Shown: piece after piece, positions 1 through 10,628 of the stretch
How positions within the stretch are numbered: the stretch's first letter is position 1
Layout of the letters: every line of letters starts with the position of its first letter
Assembly (NCBI GenBank): GCA_025463215.1
Contig: JAOBWF010000296.1
Span: forward strand, 14,098 to 78,097
Reading direction: 5' to 3'
DNA: 64,000 nucleotides
Origin: Acidobacteriota bacterium
GTDB taxonomy: Bacteria; Acidobacteriota; Vicinamibacteria; Vicinamibacterales; CAVVIG01
Notes under the pieces: generated by a model
What the model was told of the DNA's origin: nothing
Seen by the model: only the letters and a program-made list of their open reading frames with translations
Database searches by the model: none
Made by a program: the position numbers and the translations under genes

Positions 1-163
1 GCGCCAAGAAGGATGTTCAACTACCGGACACCGCAAGGAAGACCGCTCCAAAGCGGCGTGCGGGAAAAAAGCGATTTCCGGCCACAGTGCCCACTGCGTG
101 AGGCGCTGCAGCACGCTCTGATTGTAGGCCGCGCTGCGGAAAAGCGCGCCAGATCGCCGTGCT

Positions 164-484
164 ATGATGCGAATCGTGCGCGGCACGATGGGAACACTGC
201 TCGCGGCGACGCTGTTGACGTTGTCGATCGGCCTGCAGGTCCTCGAGGCGACTGGCCGCTGGGACCGGACGTTTCAAGATACCGGCGACGAGGCGGCGAT
301 CGTCACCGTCGTCCTCTGTATCGGCGCGGCACTCGTCGTCGCTGCGGTGACGCGTCCGCACTTCTGCTTGGTAGCAATCCAAGCGCCCGTGGTGTTCCGA
401 CCTGCCACGGGGTTAGAGTTCATCGCGCCGCTCGGCGCGCCATCACTCGTCGACGCAAGTCCTCCGCTCAGTCTCCGCATTTAG
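164..484 (+). CDS. small membrane protein / candidate leader (uORF) of the downstream TonB-dependent receptor
   Basis: Two hydrophobic segments and a Pro-rich tail ending SPPLSLRI; 88 bp upstream of the receptor gene; extended -10 TGCTATGAT at 160-168 suggests the true start is GTG 176 or ATG 188. Confidence 0.55.
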   Translation: MMRIVRGTMGTLLAATLLTLSIGLQVLEATGRWDRTFQDTGDEAAIVTVVLCIGAALVVAAVTRPHFCLVAIQAPVVFRPATGLEFIAPLGAPSLVDASPPLSLRI

Positions 485-572
485 CCCCAGCGCGAATCGA
501 ACCGTAACCGCGGCGGACGCGTGTGCTTCAGCACGCCTGCCCGTCGTTTCTGTCGATTTCCGCTGGAGGTCT

Positions 573-2708
573 ATGCATCGTTTGATCGTCGCCACGCTCT
601 TTGTGCTGCATGCGGGAATCGCCTCCGGCCAGGAGCCCGCGGCACGGCTCCGGATCGAAGTCCGATCCGAGGCTGGTCCGATTCGTGACGCCGACGTCGT
701 CATCAATGGAACGACACAAAAGACGGATCCGCAAGGCGTCAGCGCCTTCACGATACCAGCAGGTCATGTCGAAATCGTCGTGGTGAAGGACGGGTTCGCC
801 GCGGCCTCCGCATCGGTTGATCTCGCCGCCAGTCAACAACAAACCATCGTCATCGACCTGAATCGCGCGGCAACCGCCGAGGAACACGTGACGGTGTCGG
901 CGACGCGGACCGATCGTGGCATCGAAGATCAGCCGATGCGGGTCGAGGTGGTCGACCGAGAGGAGATCGACGAAAAGGTGATGATGACACCAGGCGATGT
1001 CGTCATGTTGCTCAACGAGACGGGCGGCGTGCGGGTCCAGGCGACATCGCCGTCGCTCGGCGCCGCGAGTATCAGAATTCAAGGCATGCGCGGCCGGTAT
1101 ACCCGGTTCCTGTCCGACGGCTTGCCGCTCTTCGGGGAACAGGTCTCGCTGGGCCTGATGCAGATTCCACCGATGGATCTTGGCCGCGTGGAGGTGATCA
1201 AAGGTGTCGCATCGTCGTTATATGGCGCCGGCGCGATGAGCGGCGTCGTCAATCTCGTGTCGAAGCGTCCCGCGGCAAAGGCAGAACACCAAGTCCTGCT
1301 CAATGCTTCGACGAGAGGCGCGACCGATGCCGGACTGTGGTACTCGACACCACTCGGCAGCAACTGGGGACTGACGTTGCTGGGTAGCGCGAACGGGCAA
1401 GCCAGGGGCGACGTGAATGACGACAGCTGGGCTGACATCCCGAAGTACGTGCGTGCCGTCGTGCGTCCACGGGTGTTCTGGGATGACAAGGCGGGGAAAT
1501 CGTTTTTTGCGACAGCCGGCGGCACGTGGGAACACCGGACCGGCGGCACCATGCCCGGACAAGTTCTGCCGACCGGCGGCGAATATGTTGAAGGGCTCGA
1601 CACGCGTCGGTCGGATTTCGGGTCCGCGTTTCAAGCGCTCGCGGCGAACGGTGTTGTGTGGAGCGCCCGAGCGTCGTGGACGATGCAGGATCAGGATCAT
1701 CGCTTCGGCGAGATTACCGAGCGTGATCGTCACGACACCGGATTTGCGGAACTGACACTCAGGCGAGCGATCGCGCAGCACACACTCGTGGCTGGTCTCG
1801 CGATTGAGCGTGATCGATTTCAGCCCATCGACACACCTCGGTTTGCCTACACCTACACGACGCCTGGTGTGTTCGTGCAGGACGATCTCGACGTCGCGCG
1901 GTGGTTGGCGGTGTCGGCGAGCGCGCGTCTCGACCATCACAGCGAGTTCGGGGCGTTCTTGAGCCCACGAATTTCCGCGCTCGTTCGCCGTGGACAGTGG
2001 TCGAGCCGCTTGTCTGTCGGCCAAGGGTTCTTTGCACCGACCGCGATCACGGAGGAGACCGAGGCCGCGGGCCTCTCTCGCTTGACGATCGCTGGTCCGC
2101 TCAAAGCTGAGCGCGGCACGAACACCTCGGTCGATCTCACCCGTGTCGCCGGACCGTTGTCCGCCACGGTCACGGGGTTCTACTCGCGCATCGTCGATTC
2201 CGTCGAGGTCGAACGGACGGATGCGTACGTGCTCAGAAATCTGGTGCAGCCGACAACCAACATGGGCGTCGAAGCAATCGCAATCTGGAAGACCGACGAC
2301 CTGTCTATCGTGGCCAATTACGGGTACGTCCGTTCGCGGGAATCGACCGAAGAGGGGCGCGTCGAAGTGCCGCTGACCCCGCGACACACCGTGGGCCTCG
2401 ATGGCGCCTGGGAATTCGGAGACGTGTGGAGGCTCGGCGTTGAGTGGTACTACACCGGACCGCAACGGCTGGAGGCGAATCCGTATCGGACGGAAAGTGC
2501 CGCGTACAGCGTCTTCGGTGTACTCGCGAGTCGGCGGCTGGGCCGGGCCCTGCTGTTCATCAACGGCGAGAACCTGACCGACGTCAAGCAGACTGACTGG
2601 AACCCGTTGCTGCGGCCGTCGCGCGGCATTGATGGCCGGTGGACCGTCGACGCATGGGCGCCCCTCGACGGACGCGTGATCAACGGCGGTGTGCGGATCA
2701 GCTTTTGA
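573..2708 (+). CDS. TonB-dependent outer-membrane receptor
   Basis: Signal peptide, N-terminal extension, plug motifs (VTVSATRT, RVEVIKGVASSLYGAGAMSGVVN), C-terminal ...GVRISF; RBS GGAGG. Confidence 0.93.
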   Translation: MHRLIVATLFVLHAGIASGQEPAARLRIEVRSEAGPIRDADVVINGTTQKTDPQGVSAFTIPAGHVEIVVVKDGFAAASASVDLAASQQQTIVIDLNRAATAEEHVTVSATRTDRGIEDQPMRVEVVDREEIDEKVMMTPGDVVMLLNETGGVRVQATSPSLGAASIRIQGMRGRYTRFLSDGLPLFGEQVSLGLMQIPPMDLGRVEVIKGVASSLYGAGAMSGVVNLVSKRPAAKAEHQVLLNASTRGATDAGLWYSTPLGSNWGLTLLGSANGQARGDVNDDSWADIPKYVRAVVRPRVFWDDKAGKSFFATAGGTWEHRTGGTMPGQVLPTGGEYVEGLDTRRSDFGSAFQALAANGVVWSARASWTMQDQDHRFGEITERDRHDTGFAELTLRRAIAQHTLVAGLAIERDRFQPIDTPRFAYTYTTPGVFVQDDLDVARWLAVSASARLDHHSEFGAFLSPRISALVRRGQWSSRLSVGQGFFAPTAITEETEAAGLSRLTIAGPLKAERGTNTSVDLTRVAGPLSATVTGFYSRIVDSVEVERTDAYVLRNLVQPTTNMGVEAIAIWKTDDLSIVANYGYVRSRESTEEGRVEVPLTPRHTVGLDGAWEFGDVWRLGVEWYYTGPQRLEANPYRTESAAYSVFGVLASRRLGRALLFINGENLTDVKQTDWNPLLRPSRGIDGRWTVDAWAPLDGRVINGGVRISF

Positions 2709-3238
2709 CGCAGCAACAATTCGTTGACGTGTCCGATGCGTTCACTCTATGGCGTGGGCTGCCGCCTTCGATGTCCGGGTTGCATTACTCGCGACGAGTA
2801 CGAAGGCACATCGATTCACACCTGCTAACTTCGTCCGAATTCTGTGCCAGAACCGTGTCACATAACCTTCGGAACCCTGGGGAAACATCGTCATTTACGA
2901 GGACACGCTGAAGCAGATGGTCGTTGCGGGAAGTCGTTGATCGGAAGTGCGTTCATAAGGCGATAGCAATTGCGCTGGCACACCGCGGCGACACGGACGG
3001 GGCGCGCACACATCAGCGCTCGCTCCAGTTCGAATCGCCCAGCCCGGAAGGCGCAATCATCCAGGACGCGTTGGTGCAGGGCGTGCACCGCAGCGAACCG
3101 CTGCAACGCGTCGATCGCGCGCCGGTTCGCTGCAGCGCTTTAGCCAGTGCGCGAGGAGGCTTCGCCCCGCGTTGGTAGCCTGAAAGCCTGCGCCGGATAC
3201 GAACACGTGAAACCGCGACGGCGCGAAGGGGCGGGAAC

Positions 3239-4864
3239 CTATCGAGGGTTTCGACTTAGCCACTCCTCGGTAATGCGCAGTTCGGGAAGGTCGCGATCGG
3301 CGCCATGCCAGTACTGCCGCGCCAACGAGAACTCTGCGCGCGCGCGGCGGTGGTCGCCGGCGTGCACCGCGCAAAGTGCGGCGGCGTAATGAGTGCCGGC
3401 GAACCAGCGATCGTGCCCGAACATTTGGCGGGCGACATTGGCGGCGAGCTCCCAATCGCCCACCTCGCGCGCCGTGCGCGCAATTGCCTGGAGTGTGAAC
3501 AACGCCTGGATCCACTCGTCGGGGCCGGTCTGGCGGCGAAGTGTCGTCACCACGCGGGCCAGCATCGCGCGACCCTTGTCCCTCTGCCCCGTCCTCAAGA
3601 AGAACTCTCCTTGAAGCTCCTCGAAGGATGGCGTTACCAGGCCCGCCCCTTGTGAAATCCCCTTGAGCGTCCGCAGCGCCGTGTTGCTCCGGTCGGCCGC
3701 CTCGGCCAATCGGCCCGCGGAGAGCAAGGCCGCGCCCGTCAGGATGTGACCGGTGGTGGCGACGATCGGGGAGGGGTGCGCGATCATCGTGCCGGCCGCG
3801 GCGATCGCTTCATCCCAGCGTCCTCGATCGATCAAGAACGCCGGCCACTCGCGCTTCGCGAACTCCTCGACGGTCAGCGGTGAGGCGATCGCAAACGCTT
3901 CCCGGAACCGCAGCTCCGCCGACTTCATCTGACCTACGTACTGAAAGGACGTCGCCATCAGATCGAGGTTGTGCTGATGGTGCCAGTCGGCGTCGATCGG
4001 AATGCGCTCCGACCGAGCGTAGTCCGTTTCGAGAGCGTCGGCGGCGAGGAATTCGGCAATTGCCTCGTCGGCCCGTCCGACTCGACGAAGGTCGTGACCG
4101 TACATGTGCCGCGCGTGCGGCACTGCAGGCGCTAGCGTCGCGAACGCGCAGCCGTGCTGCAATGCCTCGTCGATCCTGCCGGCCGACTCGAGCGCGTGGG
4201 TCAGATAGTGATGAGCCGCCGGCGAGTCCGGGTCGATCGCGAGCACGCGTTCGAAATAGATCGTCGATCCGGCAGGTGCTCCCTGACCGCGATCGCCCGG
4301 AGACGGCGACTCCGCCATGCCGCGCAACAACCACATTTCCGTGTCGCGCGGATAATGGACGATAGCTTCGTCGAGCCCGCGACGGTACATGGTGAGACGA
4401 CCGGGATCGCGCGGATGGGCGATCGCATCCAGTTCTAGGCCGCGAAGAGTGATGCGCAGCCGCTCGCGGTCGCTCGACTCCTTCGCCAGCTCTCGCGCGC
4501 GCTCGAGCGCCGAACCCGCCTCGGCCGGCCGATTCAGCTCTCCTTCGGCGTAGCTGAGTCCGAGCTGCGCCATCGCGAGCCGTGAGTCGATGCGCAACGC
4601 CTGGTGAAATGATCGCGCCGCTTCAATCCAGACAAACGCGTGCAGGTACGCAAGGCCTTGATCGTAGAACGCCTGCGCCTCGCCGGACGTGGTCGAGACC
4701 GCCTCGTGCACCGCTCCCATCCCGTGCCGAAGCGGCACAGGCCGATCCAGGAGATCCACCGGCAGCGTCTGCCGTTCGGAAGAACCGTGCGCGTGCTGCG
4801 CGCTGGCAGGAACGAGGACAAGACAGGACAGCAGCGCCGCAAGCGCCGGGCGCGCCCCGATCAC
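3239..4864 (-). CDS. secreted TPR-repeat protein
   Basis: Signal peptide, AQAFYDQGLAYLHAF...EAARSF, Ala-rich helical repeats, His-rich motifs (AHHYLTH, PHARHMYGH). Confidence 0.8.
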   Translation of the reverse strand: MIGARPALAALLSCLVLVPASAQHAHGSSERQTLPVDLLDRPVPLRHGMGAVHEAVSTTSGEAQAFYDQGLAYLHAFVWIEAARSFHQALRIDSRLAMAQLGLSYAEGELNRPAEAGSALERARELAKESSDRERLRITLRGLELDAIAHPRDPGRLTMYRRGLDEAIVHYPRDTEMWLLRGMAESPSPGDRGQGAPAGSTIYFERVLAIDPDSPAAHHYLTHALESAGRIDEALQHGCAFATLAPAVPHARHMYGHDLRRVGRADEAIAEFLAADALETDYARSERIPIDADWHHQHNLDLMATSFQYVGQMKSAELRFREAFAIASPLTVEEFAKREWPAFLIDRGRWDEAIAAAGTMIAHPSPIVATTGHILTGAALLSAGRLAEAADRSNTALRTLKGISQGAGLVTPSFEELQGEFFLRTGQRDKGRAMLARVVTTLRRQTGPDEWIQALFTLQAIARTAREVGDWELAANVARQMFGHDRWFAGTHYAAALCAVHAGDHRRARAEFSLARQYWHGADRDLPELRITEEWLSRNPR

Positions 4865-5373
4865 TTCAGCGCCACCACACGAGCCGGATCGATCCGGACG
4901 ACCAGAATCGTCAGCGTCTCTTCGACGTCGGAAAACCCGTGGGGCGTGCCAGCGGGGATGATCACTAGATCGCCCTTGGTCAGCCGTCGCCGTAGACCAC
5001 CGTCGATCCCATTTCCGGCGACGCCGGGCCCGTTCATCTGCGCCACCACTTCGGTGACGTTCCGGCGGCGCTGTGGGTTCACGATCGCACCGCCGGTCAC
5101 GATCGTCCCGACCCCCTCGAGAATTTCGTAGACTTCGGTGACCTGATCGTGGGACGAGGCGGCGGACAACCGCTCGCCCTTCTCGCGGTAGACGATGCCG
5201 ATGCCGACGTGGTGTCCGCCCGCATCGACGGTACGGATTTCTGTGTCGCTGATCTTGTTGGCGATCGAACGGGCTGCGGTCGCCTCAATTTCTGCGGCGG
5301 TGATCGCCGTCGCCGGGAGCGGTGCCGCGGCGATCACCTGGGCGAACGCGAGCCACGCAAGCACGGTCACCAC
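4861..5373 (-). CDS. secreted cupin-domain protein
   Basis: Cupin motifs H-DQVTEVYEILEG and GDLVIIPAGTPHGF; overlaps both neighbours (translational coupling). Confidence 0.85.
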   Translation of the reverse strand: MVTVLAWLAFAQVIAAAPLPATAITAAEIEATAARSIANKISDTEIRTVDAGGHHVGIGIVYREKGERLSAASSHDQVTEVYEILEGVGTIVTGGAIVNPQRRRNVTEVVAQMNGPGVAGNGIDGGLRRRLTKGDLVIIPAGTPHGFSDVEETLTILVVRIDPARVVALK

Positions 5374-8303
5374 TTCACTTGCATCTCCAGCCTAAGCAGG
5401 CGCGGCTGCAGCACGGTCGACGGCTGCAGATACGACGAGGTCAAGTAGTTCATCGACCGCACAGCGTACGCCGCGTGGTTATTGAACGCGTTGAACAGCG
5501 AAATGCCCGGCTCCAGGCGCAGTTTGCCGATCGCCACGTTCTTGCGCAGCGTCACGTCCATCTGCTTCACGCGATCGGAGAACTCCGTTCCCGGCGGAAT
5601 CAGCGGCACCGACAATGACGCAACGGTCATCCCCGGATCGACGAGCGCTCCAGGCGTGCACGCGCCCAGACAATTCGCCGGGTACCGCGTCGTCGGCGTA
5701 ATCAACCAGGCCGAGCCGGCGGTTGCCGTCCCATAGGTGTACTTGTACGTGGTGTACGAGGCGCCGAGCTGCAGCCCATACCTCAGCGGCATCGATCCCG
5801 CCAGCTTGAACTGCGGGTTCCAAGGAATGCCGTTTTGCGTCTGATCGCAATACAGCAGCATGTTCGGGTTGGTGAATCCATCGCACTGCACGACGGTGGT
5901 ACGATCGGTCGCCGTGCCGCCGAAAAGGGTCGCGCCGCCTGGGAACCGCGCATTGAACGCGATCTCGATCGCGTTGTTCCAGCGCCTCCCTTGCGGATCG
6001 GTGGTGTTGAGATTCAGCACGGCGCTCTGTTTGGCCGCGCTGACGTTGTAGACCGCGATCGGGCTCCCGGTAATCGGGTTGGCGATCGTCGTCAACGTGT
6101 AGTCGCTGAAACTCTGCAGCGTGTTTTGCGTGAGCGCCAGAGCATAGAAATTCGTTCGTACCCAGTTGGCGGTCACCGACACACGCGGCAGCAGTTCGTG
6201 CTGGATTCCGATGTTGTACATCACTTCGTAGGGGCGCTGCACGTTCGGATCGACCTGCGCCGTGCCGCACGGGGTCACGCCTGGCGTCGCAATTGTCGAG
6301 CAGCCAGGCGTAATCAGACCGAAGTTCTTCGGCAGCTGCGCGTAGTTGATCTCGCAGCCGGCGGTGTTGAACGTGCAGCCCGGCGACTGCTGAATGACGT
6401 CGTCGCCGTTCAGATCGCGCCACGTGACAGTGGCCGATTGCAGGCGCATCGGGTTCAGTGCCGCCGCGACACCGTTGGTCGCGGACAGCTCGTACTTGTT
6501 GACGCTGAACTTCACCGCCGTCTTCGCATTGCCGCGCAGATCGTAGACGATGCCGAGACGGGGAGCCCAGGTCTTCCAGATCGGCATGTCCTGAGGACCG
6601 AACGAACGATCCGGGACGTAGACTCCGGCCGTCGAGCTTTCGGCCGCGATCGACGAGTGGAAGTATTCCCACCGCATCCCATAGTTGATGGTCAGGCGGC
6701 GTACCGTCCAGGTGTCCTGTGCGTAGAGGCCCCATTGTGCGTTCATCGTGAAGCGATCCCGCTCGGGCGTGTTGTAGATCGCGGCCGATGTCGGCACACC
6801 GTTCTGATAGATCTGGCCGACCGCGCCGTTCAACGTCGTGCCCTGTTCGAGGAATCCCCACGTGTCCTGCGCCCCGAACTTCATCGTATGGGAACCGCTC
6901 ACGTAAGACGCCGACGACGAGAAGAAGCGGCGCACCGGAATCAAATAGTAGTTGCCGCCCGGGGCGGCATTGGTGACGGTGCCGAGTGACGTGTCCATGT
7001 GGTACGCAGCCGCGAACCATGGCAGCGTGCCGTACGGAGGCTCGACGCCCGGTTGATACGTCGTGTGCCGCTGCGCGCGGTACTCACCGTATCCCGCTTC
7101 GAACAGGAGCCGGTTCGACACGGTGGACGTCCATTTGCCCTGCAGCTGCTGATACAGCTTCGATGGCTCCCACACGCGCGAGGCCTTGACCGGGTCGTAG
7201 CCCGCCAGCATGTCGTGCCCTTCGTACTTGTTCACCCGATCGATATAGGCGGTGAACTTATTGCGTGGCGACAGTTGCGTCGTCAAACGGATCGACGCAT
7301 TCTCCACGTACTGATCGAGGACACCCTGGGTGCCGTCGGGATAGAACGTGTCGGCGACGGCGGTGTTCGCGCTGATCTTACGCGCCGCGGCGAACCACCA
7401 CACGCGATCCTTCACGATCTTTCCGCCCAGGCCGCCTTCGAGGTCGTAGAGCCCATCGAGCGAATCGCCCTTGGTCAACCCGCGCGCGATCAAATCCGGC
7501 GAAATGCTCGCCGCCTGCCACGTGTGCCGGCTGCCGTAAGCGTTCATCGAGCCGTGCAGATCGTTGCCGCCCTGACGAGGCACCATGTTCTGGCGGACGC
7601 CGCCAGTCGAGACGTCGGCGCCAGAGGTGGTGGTTTGGAAGACCATCTCCTCGTAGGACTGCGTGTTGGTGTACGCCTGGGTCGAGCCGTTCCCGCACAT
7701 GCCGTTCAGCTGAATGCCGTCGAGCGTCACCGTGGTCTCCTGTCCGGCGTTGCCGTGGAGCAGCATCCCGACCTGGTTCATCGCGTGCGCGCCACCGACG
7801 TCCGGCTGCGCATTCGTCACACCGGTGACCAGCTGTCCGTACGACTGCGCGGTCCGGCCGGTCGGAATTGCGTCAAGGATCTCGCGACTCATCACCTGCC
7901 CCTTCGCTGCGCTCTGCACGTCAACGACGGGCGACGCGCCGGAGACGGTGACCGTCTCCTCGAGCTCGCCGACCCGCAAATCGGCATTCACCGTCGCCGT
8001 GAAGTCGGTCGGCAGCTCGATCGCATTGCGCCGCACCGTCGAGAAGCCCTGGAGCGAAACCGTGATGCTATACACGCCGGGTCTCAGGTCCCGGATCTGA
8101 TACGCGCCGCGATCGTCGGTGGTGACCGACCGGATTTTCTCGATCAGCTGCGGGCTGGCGACTTCCACCGTGGCGCCGGGAATCACCGCGCCGGTCGTAT
8201 CTTTCACCACTCCGACAATGGCGCTCTGCGCACGGGCAATGCTCGGACAGAACGCGAGGCACATCAGCGCGACGACGAACGACTTTCCTATCAGTCTGCG
8301 CAT
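5367..8303 (-). CDS. Oar-like TonB-dependent receptor with N-terminal carboxypeptidase regulatory-like domain (paralog 1)
   Basis: GVVKDTTGAVIPGATVEV..LRPGVYSIT, ETVTVSG, C-terminal beta strand ..MQVKW; ATG 8303 preceded by GGAGGAG. Confidence 0.9.
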   Translation of the reverse strand: MRRLIGKSFVVALMCLAFCPSIARAQSAIVGVVKDTTGAVIPGATVEVASPQLIEKIRSVTTDDRGAYQIRDLRPGVYSITVSLQGFSTVRRNAIELPTDFTATVNADLRVGELEETVTVSGASPVVDVQSAAKGQVMSREILDAIPTGRTAQSYGQLVTGVTNAQPDVGGAHAMNQVGMLLHGNAGQETTVTLDGIQLNGMCGNGSTQAYTNTQSYEEMVFQTTTSGADVSTGGVRQNMVPRQGGNDLHGSMNAYGSRHTWQAASISPDLIARGLTKGDSLDGLYDLEGGLGGKIVKDRVWWFAAARKISANTAVADTFYPDGTQGVLDQYVENASIRLTTQLSPRNKFTAYIDRVNKYEGHDMLAGYDPVKASRVWEPSKLYQQLQGKWTSTVSNRLLFEAGYGEYRAQRHTTYQPGVEPPYGTLPWFAAAYHMDTSLGTVTNAAPGGNYYLIPVRRFFSSSASYVSGSHTMKFGAQDTWGFLEQGTTLNGAVGQIYQNGVPTSAAIYNTPERDRFTMNAQWGLYAQDTWTVRRLTINYGMRWEYFHSSIAAESSTAGVYVPDRSFGPQDMPIWKTWAPRLGIVYDLRGNAKTAVKFSVNKYELSATNGVAAALNPMRLQSATVTWRDLNGDDVIQQSPGCTFNTAGCEINYAQLPKNFGLITPGCSTIATPGVTPCGTAQVDPNVQRPYEVMYNIGIQHELLPRVSVTANWVRTNFYALALTQNTLQSFSDYTLTTIANPITGSPIAVYNVSAAKQSAVLNLNTTDPQGRRWNNAIEIAFNARFPGGATLFGGTATDRTTVVQCDGFTNPNMLLYCDQTQNGIPWNPQFKLAGSMPLRYGLQLGASYTTYKYTYGTATAGSAWLITPTTRYPANCLGACTPGALVDPGMTVASLSVPLIPPGTEFSDRVKQMDVTLRKNVAIGKLRLEPGISLFNAFNNHAAYAVRSMNYLTSSYLQPSTVLQPRLLRLEMQVKW

Positions 8304-8372
8304 ACAGCTCCTCCTCCGGAGCAACCGCGATCGGTCGCTTGCTGCACGATCCTGGACAGGTCTCATAGAGCG

Positions 8373-10310
8373 TTACGGCGTGCCGCCGCGGCCGCCGCCG
8401 AGCGCGAAAGCGACCAGCGCGTTGTCCGCGCCGGTGCCGGTCGCCATGACAATGAATTGCTTGCCCGACGCGGTGCGGTAAGTCATCGGGTTGGCGTTGT
8501 TGGTGTACGGCACGTTGCCGCGCCAGACTTCGCTGCCGGTCAGCGTGTCGAAAGCGTAGAGGTAGCCGTCACCGCCGCCGATGAACACTAGGCCGCTCTT
8601 GGTCACCATCGCCCCGCCGCGGCTGTTGGGGGATCCGAGACGATCGGGCAGGACGACCCCTTTCAGCAGCGGGTTGTTACGCAGCGACGGGCTGCCCTCG
8701 CCGAGTGGCACCTTCCACGCGATCGTCCCCTTGCTCAGATCGAGCGCCGTCAATACCGCGTACGGCGGCGAATTGAGCGGAAGCCCGCGAAGGGTCATCT
8801 CTTCGGCGCCACGCGCGAACATGTTGGAGTACTCGGGATCGACCAGCGCGTCGGTGCCATCGTTCTTCGCGACGCGATTGCGGCCGATCGAGTGCGCCGC
8901 GCGCACGAAGAGGTAACCGCTCCCCGGATCGAACGCGGCGCCTCCCCAGCTCGCGCCGCCGCCCTGCGACGGGCTTTGCAGCGTGCCTTCAAGCGACGGT
9001 GGCGTGTAGAGCGGGCCAAGGCGGTACTTCTTCATCTCCGCCTGCGCCATCGCCTTGATCTCCGGCGTCAGATTGTTCGCGTCCTCGAGCGTGACGCCCT
9101 GGTCGACAAACGCCGGCGGCTTGCTCGGGATCGGCTGCGTCGCGTACGGCTGCTCGCCGGGCACGTTGCTGTCACTCGGAACCGGCTTCTCGACGATTGG
9201 CCACACCGGTTTGCCGGTCACTCGATCGAACACATACGCGAAGCCCTGCTTGGTAACCTGGGCGATCGCGTCGATCTTCCGGCCGTTCACGGTGATCGTC
9301 GCCAGCACCGGTGGCGCGGGATTGTCATAGTCCCACAGCCCGTGGTGGACTTCCTGGAAGTACCACTTCATCCTCCCGGTCGCGACGTCGAGGCAAACGA
9401 CCGACTCCGCGAATAGGTTGGCGCCTTTGCGATCGCCGCCGTAGTAGTCGCTGCTCGGCGTCGTGGTCGGCAGATAGAGCAGCCCGCGCGCCTCGTCGAG
9501 CGCCATCGGCGCCCACACGTTGCCGTGGCCGTTCTTCTTCCACGACTCGTCGTCCCACGACTTGGCGCCGGCATCGCGCTCCGACATCGGGATCACCGCG
9601 AAGACCCACTCGCGCTTGCCGGTCCGCGCGTTGATGGCCTGGACCTGTCCGACCGGATCGGCGGACTGGACACGATCGGGGACCTGGCTGCCCATGATCA
9701 CGAGGTCTTTGTAGATGATCGGCGGCGAGCTCTGCGTCACATGCGTGAAGTCCGAGACGCGCTGGAGACCGTCGGTGAGCGAGACCGCGCCGTTGTTGCC
9801 GAACGAGGCGACCGGCCTGCCGGTCTTGGCGTCGAGCGAGAACAGCCGGTGCCGGCTGTTCAGGAATATGCGCAGCTTGTCGCCGTCGCGCCAGAACGCC
9901 GTTCCGCGCAGCTTCCAGCCGCTGCCGGAGAGCACCTGTCCGAGCTTGTAGGCCTCTCCATCAAAGCGCCATAGCTCTTTGCCCGTTTCGGCGTCGAGCG
10001 CGGCGATGCTGTTGTACGGTGTCGTCACGTAGAGGACACCGTCGATCATCAACGGCGTGCTCTCGAAGAAGCCCGGGACCGTGCCGTAATCCGGCAGCGG
10101 CGTTTCCCAGTGCTTCCACTGCCATGCGACGTGCAGCTGCGACAGGTTGTCCTTATTGATGTCGGTGAGCGCCGAGTACTTCATTCCGCCCTGATCGCCA
10201 CCGTAATAGGGCCACTCGACCTGCTTGGGCGGTTCGGCCACGGCCGCAGCCAGCCACGAGCCGGTGACAACAACTGCCAGAACCGACAACACCTGCTTCA
10301 TCACCGGCAC
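8373..10310 (-). CDS. PQQ-dependent dehydrogenase, quinoprotein glucose dehydrogenase-like (soluble, periplasmic)
   Basis: WPYYGGD..YSALTDIN, FESTPL, HHGLWDYD, Trp-docking repeats; signal peptide, no N-terminal TM anchor. Confidence 0.9.
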   Translation of the reverse strand: MPVMKQVLSVLAVVVTGSWLAAAVAEPPKQVEWPYYGGDQGGMKYSALTDINKDNLSQLHVAWQWKHWETPLPDYGTVPGFFESTPLMIDGVLYVTTPYNSIAALDAETGKELWRFDGEAYKLGQVLSGSGWKLRGTAFWRDGDKLRIFLNSRHRLFSLDAKTGRPVASFGNNGAVSLTDGLQRVSDFTHVTQSSPPIIYKDLVIMGSQVPDRVQSADPVGQVQAINARTGKREWVFAVIPMSERDAGAKSWDDESWKKNGHGNVWAPMALDEARGLLYLPTTTPSSDYYGGDRKGANLFAESVVCLDVATGRMKWYFQEVHHGLWDYDNPAPPVLATITVNGRKIDAIAQVTKQGFAYVFDRVTGKPVWPIVEKPVPSDSNVPGEQPYATQPIPSKPPAFVDQGVTLEDANNLTPEIKAMAQAEMKKYRLGPLYTPPSLEGTLQSPSQGGGASWGGAAFDPGSGYLFVRAAHSIGRNRVAKNDGTDALVDPEYSNMFARGAEEMTLRGLPLNSPPYAVLTALDLSKGTIAWKVPLGEGSPSLRNNPLLKGVVLPDRLGSPNSRGGAMVTKSGLVFIGGGDGYLYAFDTLTGSEVWRGNVPYTNNANPMTYRTASGKQFIVMATGTGADNALVAFALGGGRGGTP

Positions 10311-10401
10311 CTCTCGCTCGTTAACTGAACTGCGGTCGAGAGCGTCTTCATTGGGACAAATAAGTCGGTGTCAAGAAACAAATTCGTCGGCATCCGCGTG
10401 A

Positions 10402-10484
10402 TGTATAGAGGACCCACCCGCAGACTGCAACCGTTGTGGGACGAATGGCAGTCGGCAGGGGCCAACGGCAATTGCCGGGTACAC
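10402..10484 (-). promoter_or_regulatory. putative sigma70 promoter (TTGCAG-N17-TATACA) with upstream 20-bp-period repeats (candidate LytTR sites)
   Basis: On + strand: TATA 10404-10407, CTGCAA 10425-10430, GGGACGA 10438, GGGGCCA 10458; same architecture at 17979-18060. Confidence 0.6.
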
Positions 10485-10628
10485 GTGCTCGTGGATGGTG
10501 ACGCTGTCGTCTCGACATAGTCACCGTCGTGTCACGTCACGCGCGTGCAGTGACGTCCGATTACCCAGGAGGAGGACGAAAACCAGAGTTGTCAGCGACC
10601 AGGGTGATCGGTAGAATGCCGCCTACCC

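Noticed and set aside
2710-3238. Short ORFs between the TonB receptor and TPR genes
   Set aside because: No recognisable motifs, RBS, repeats or RNA structure that I can support
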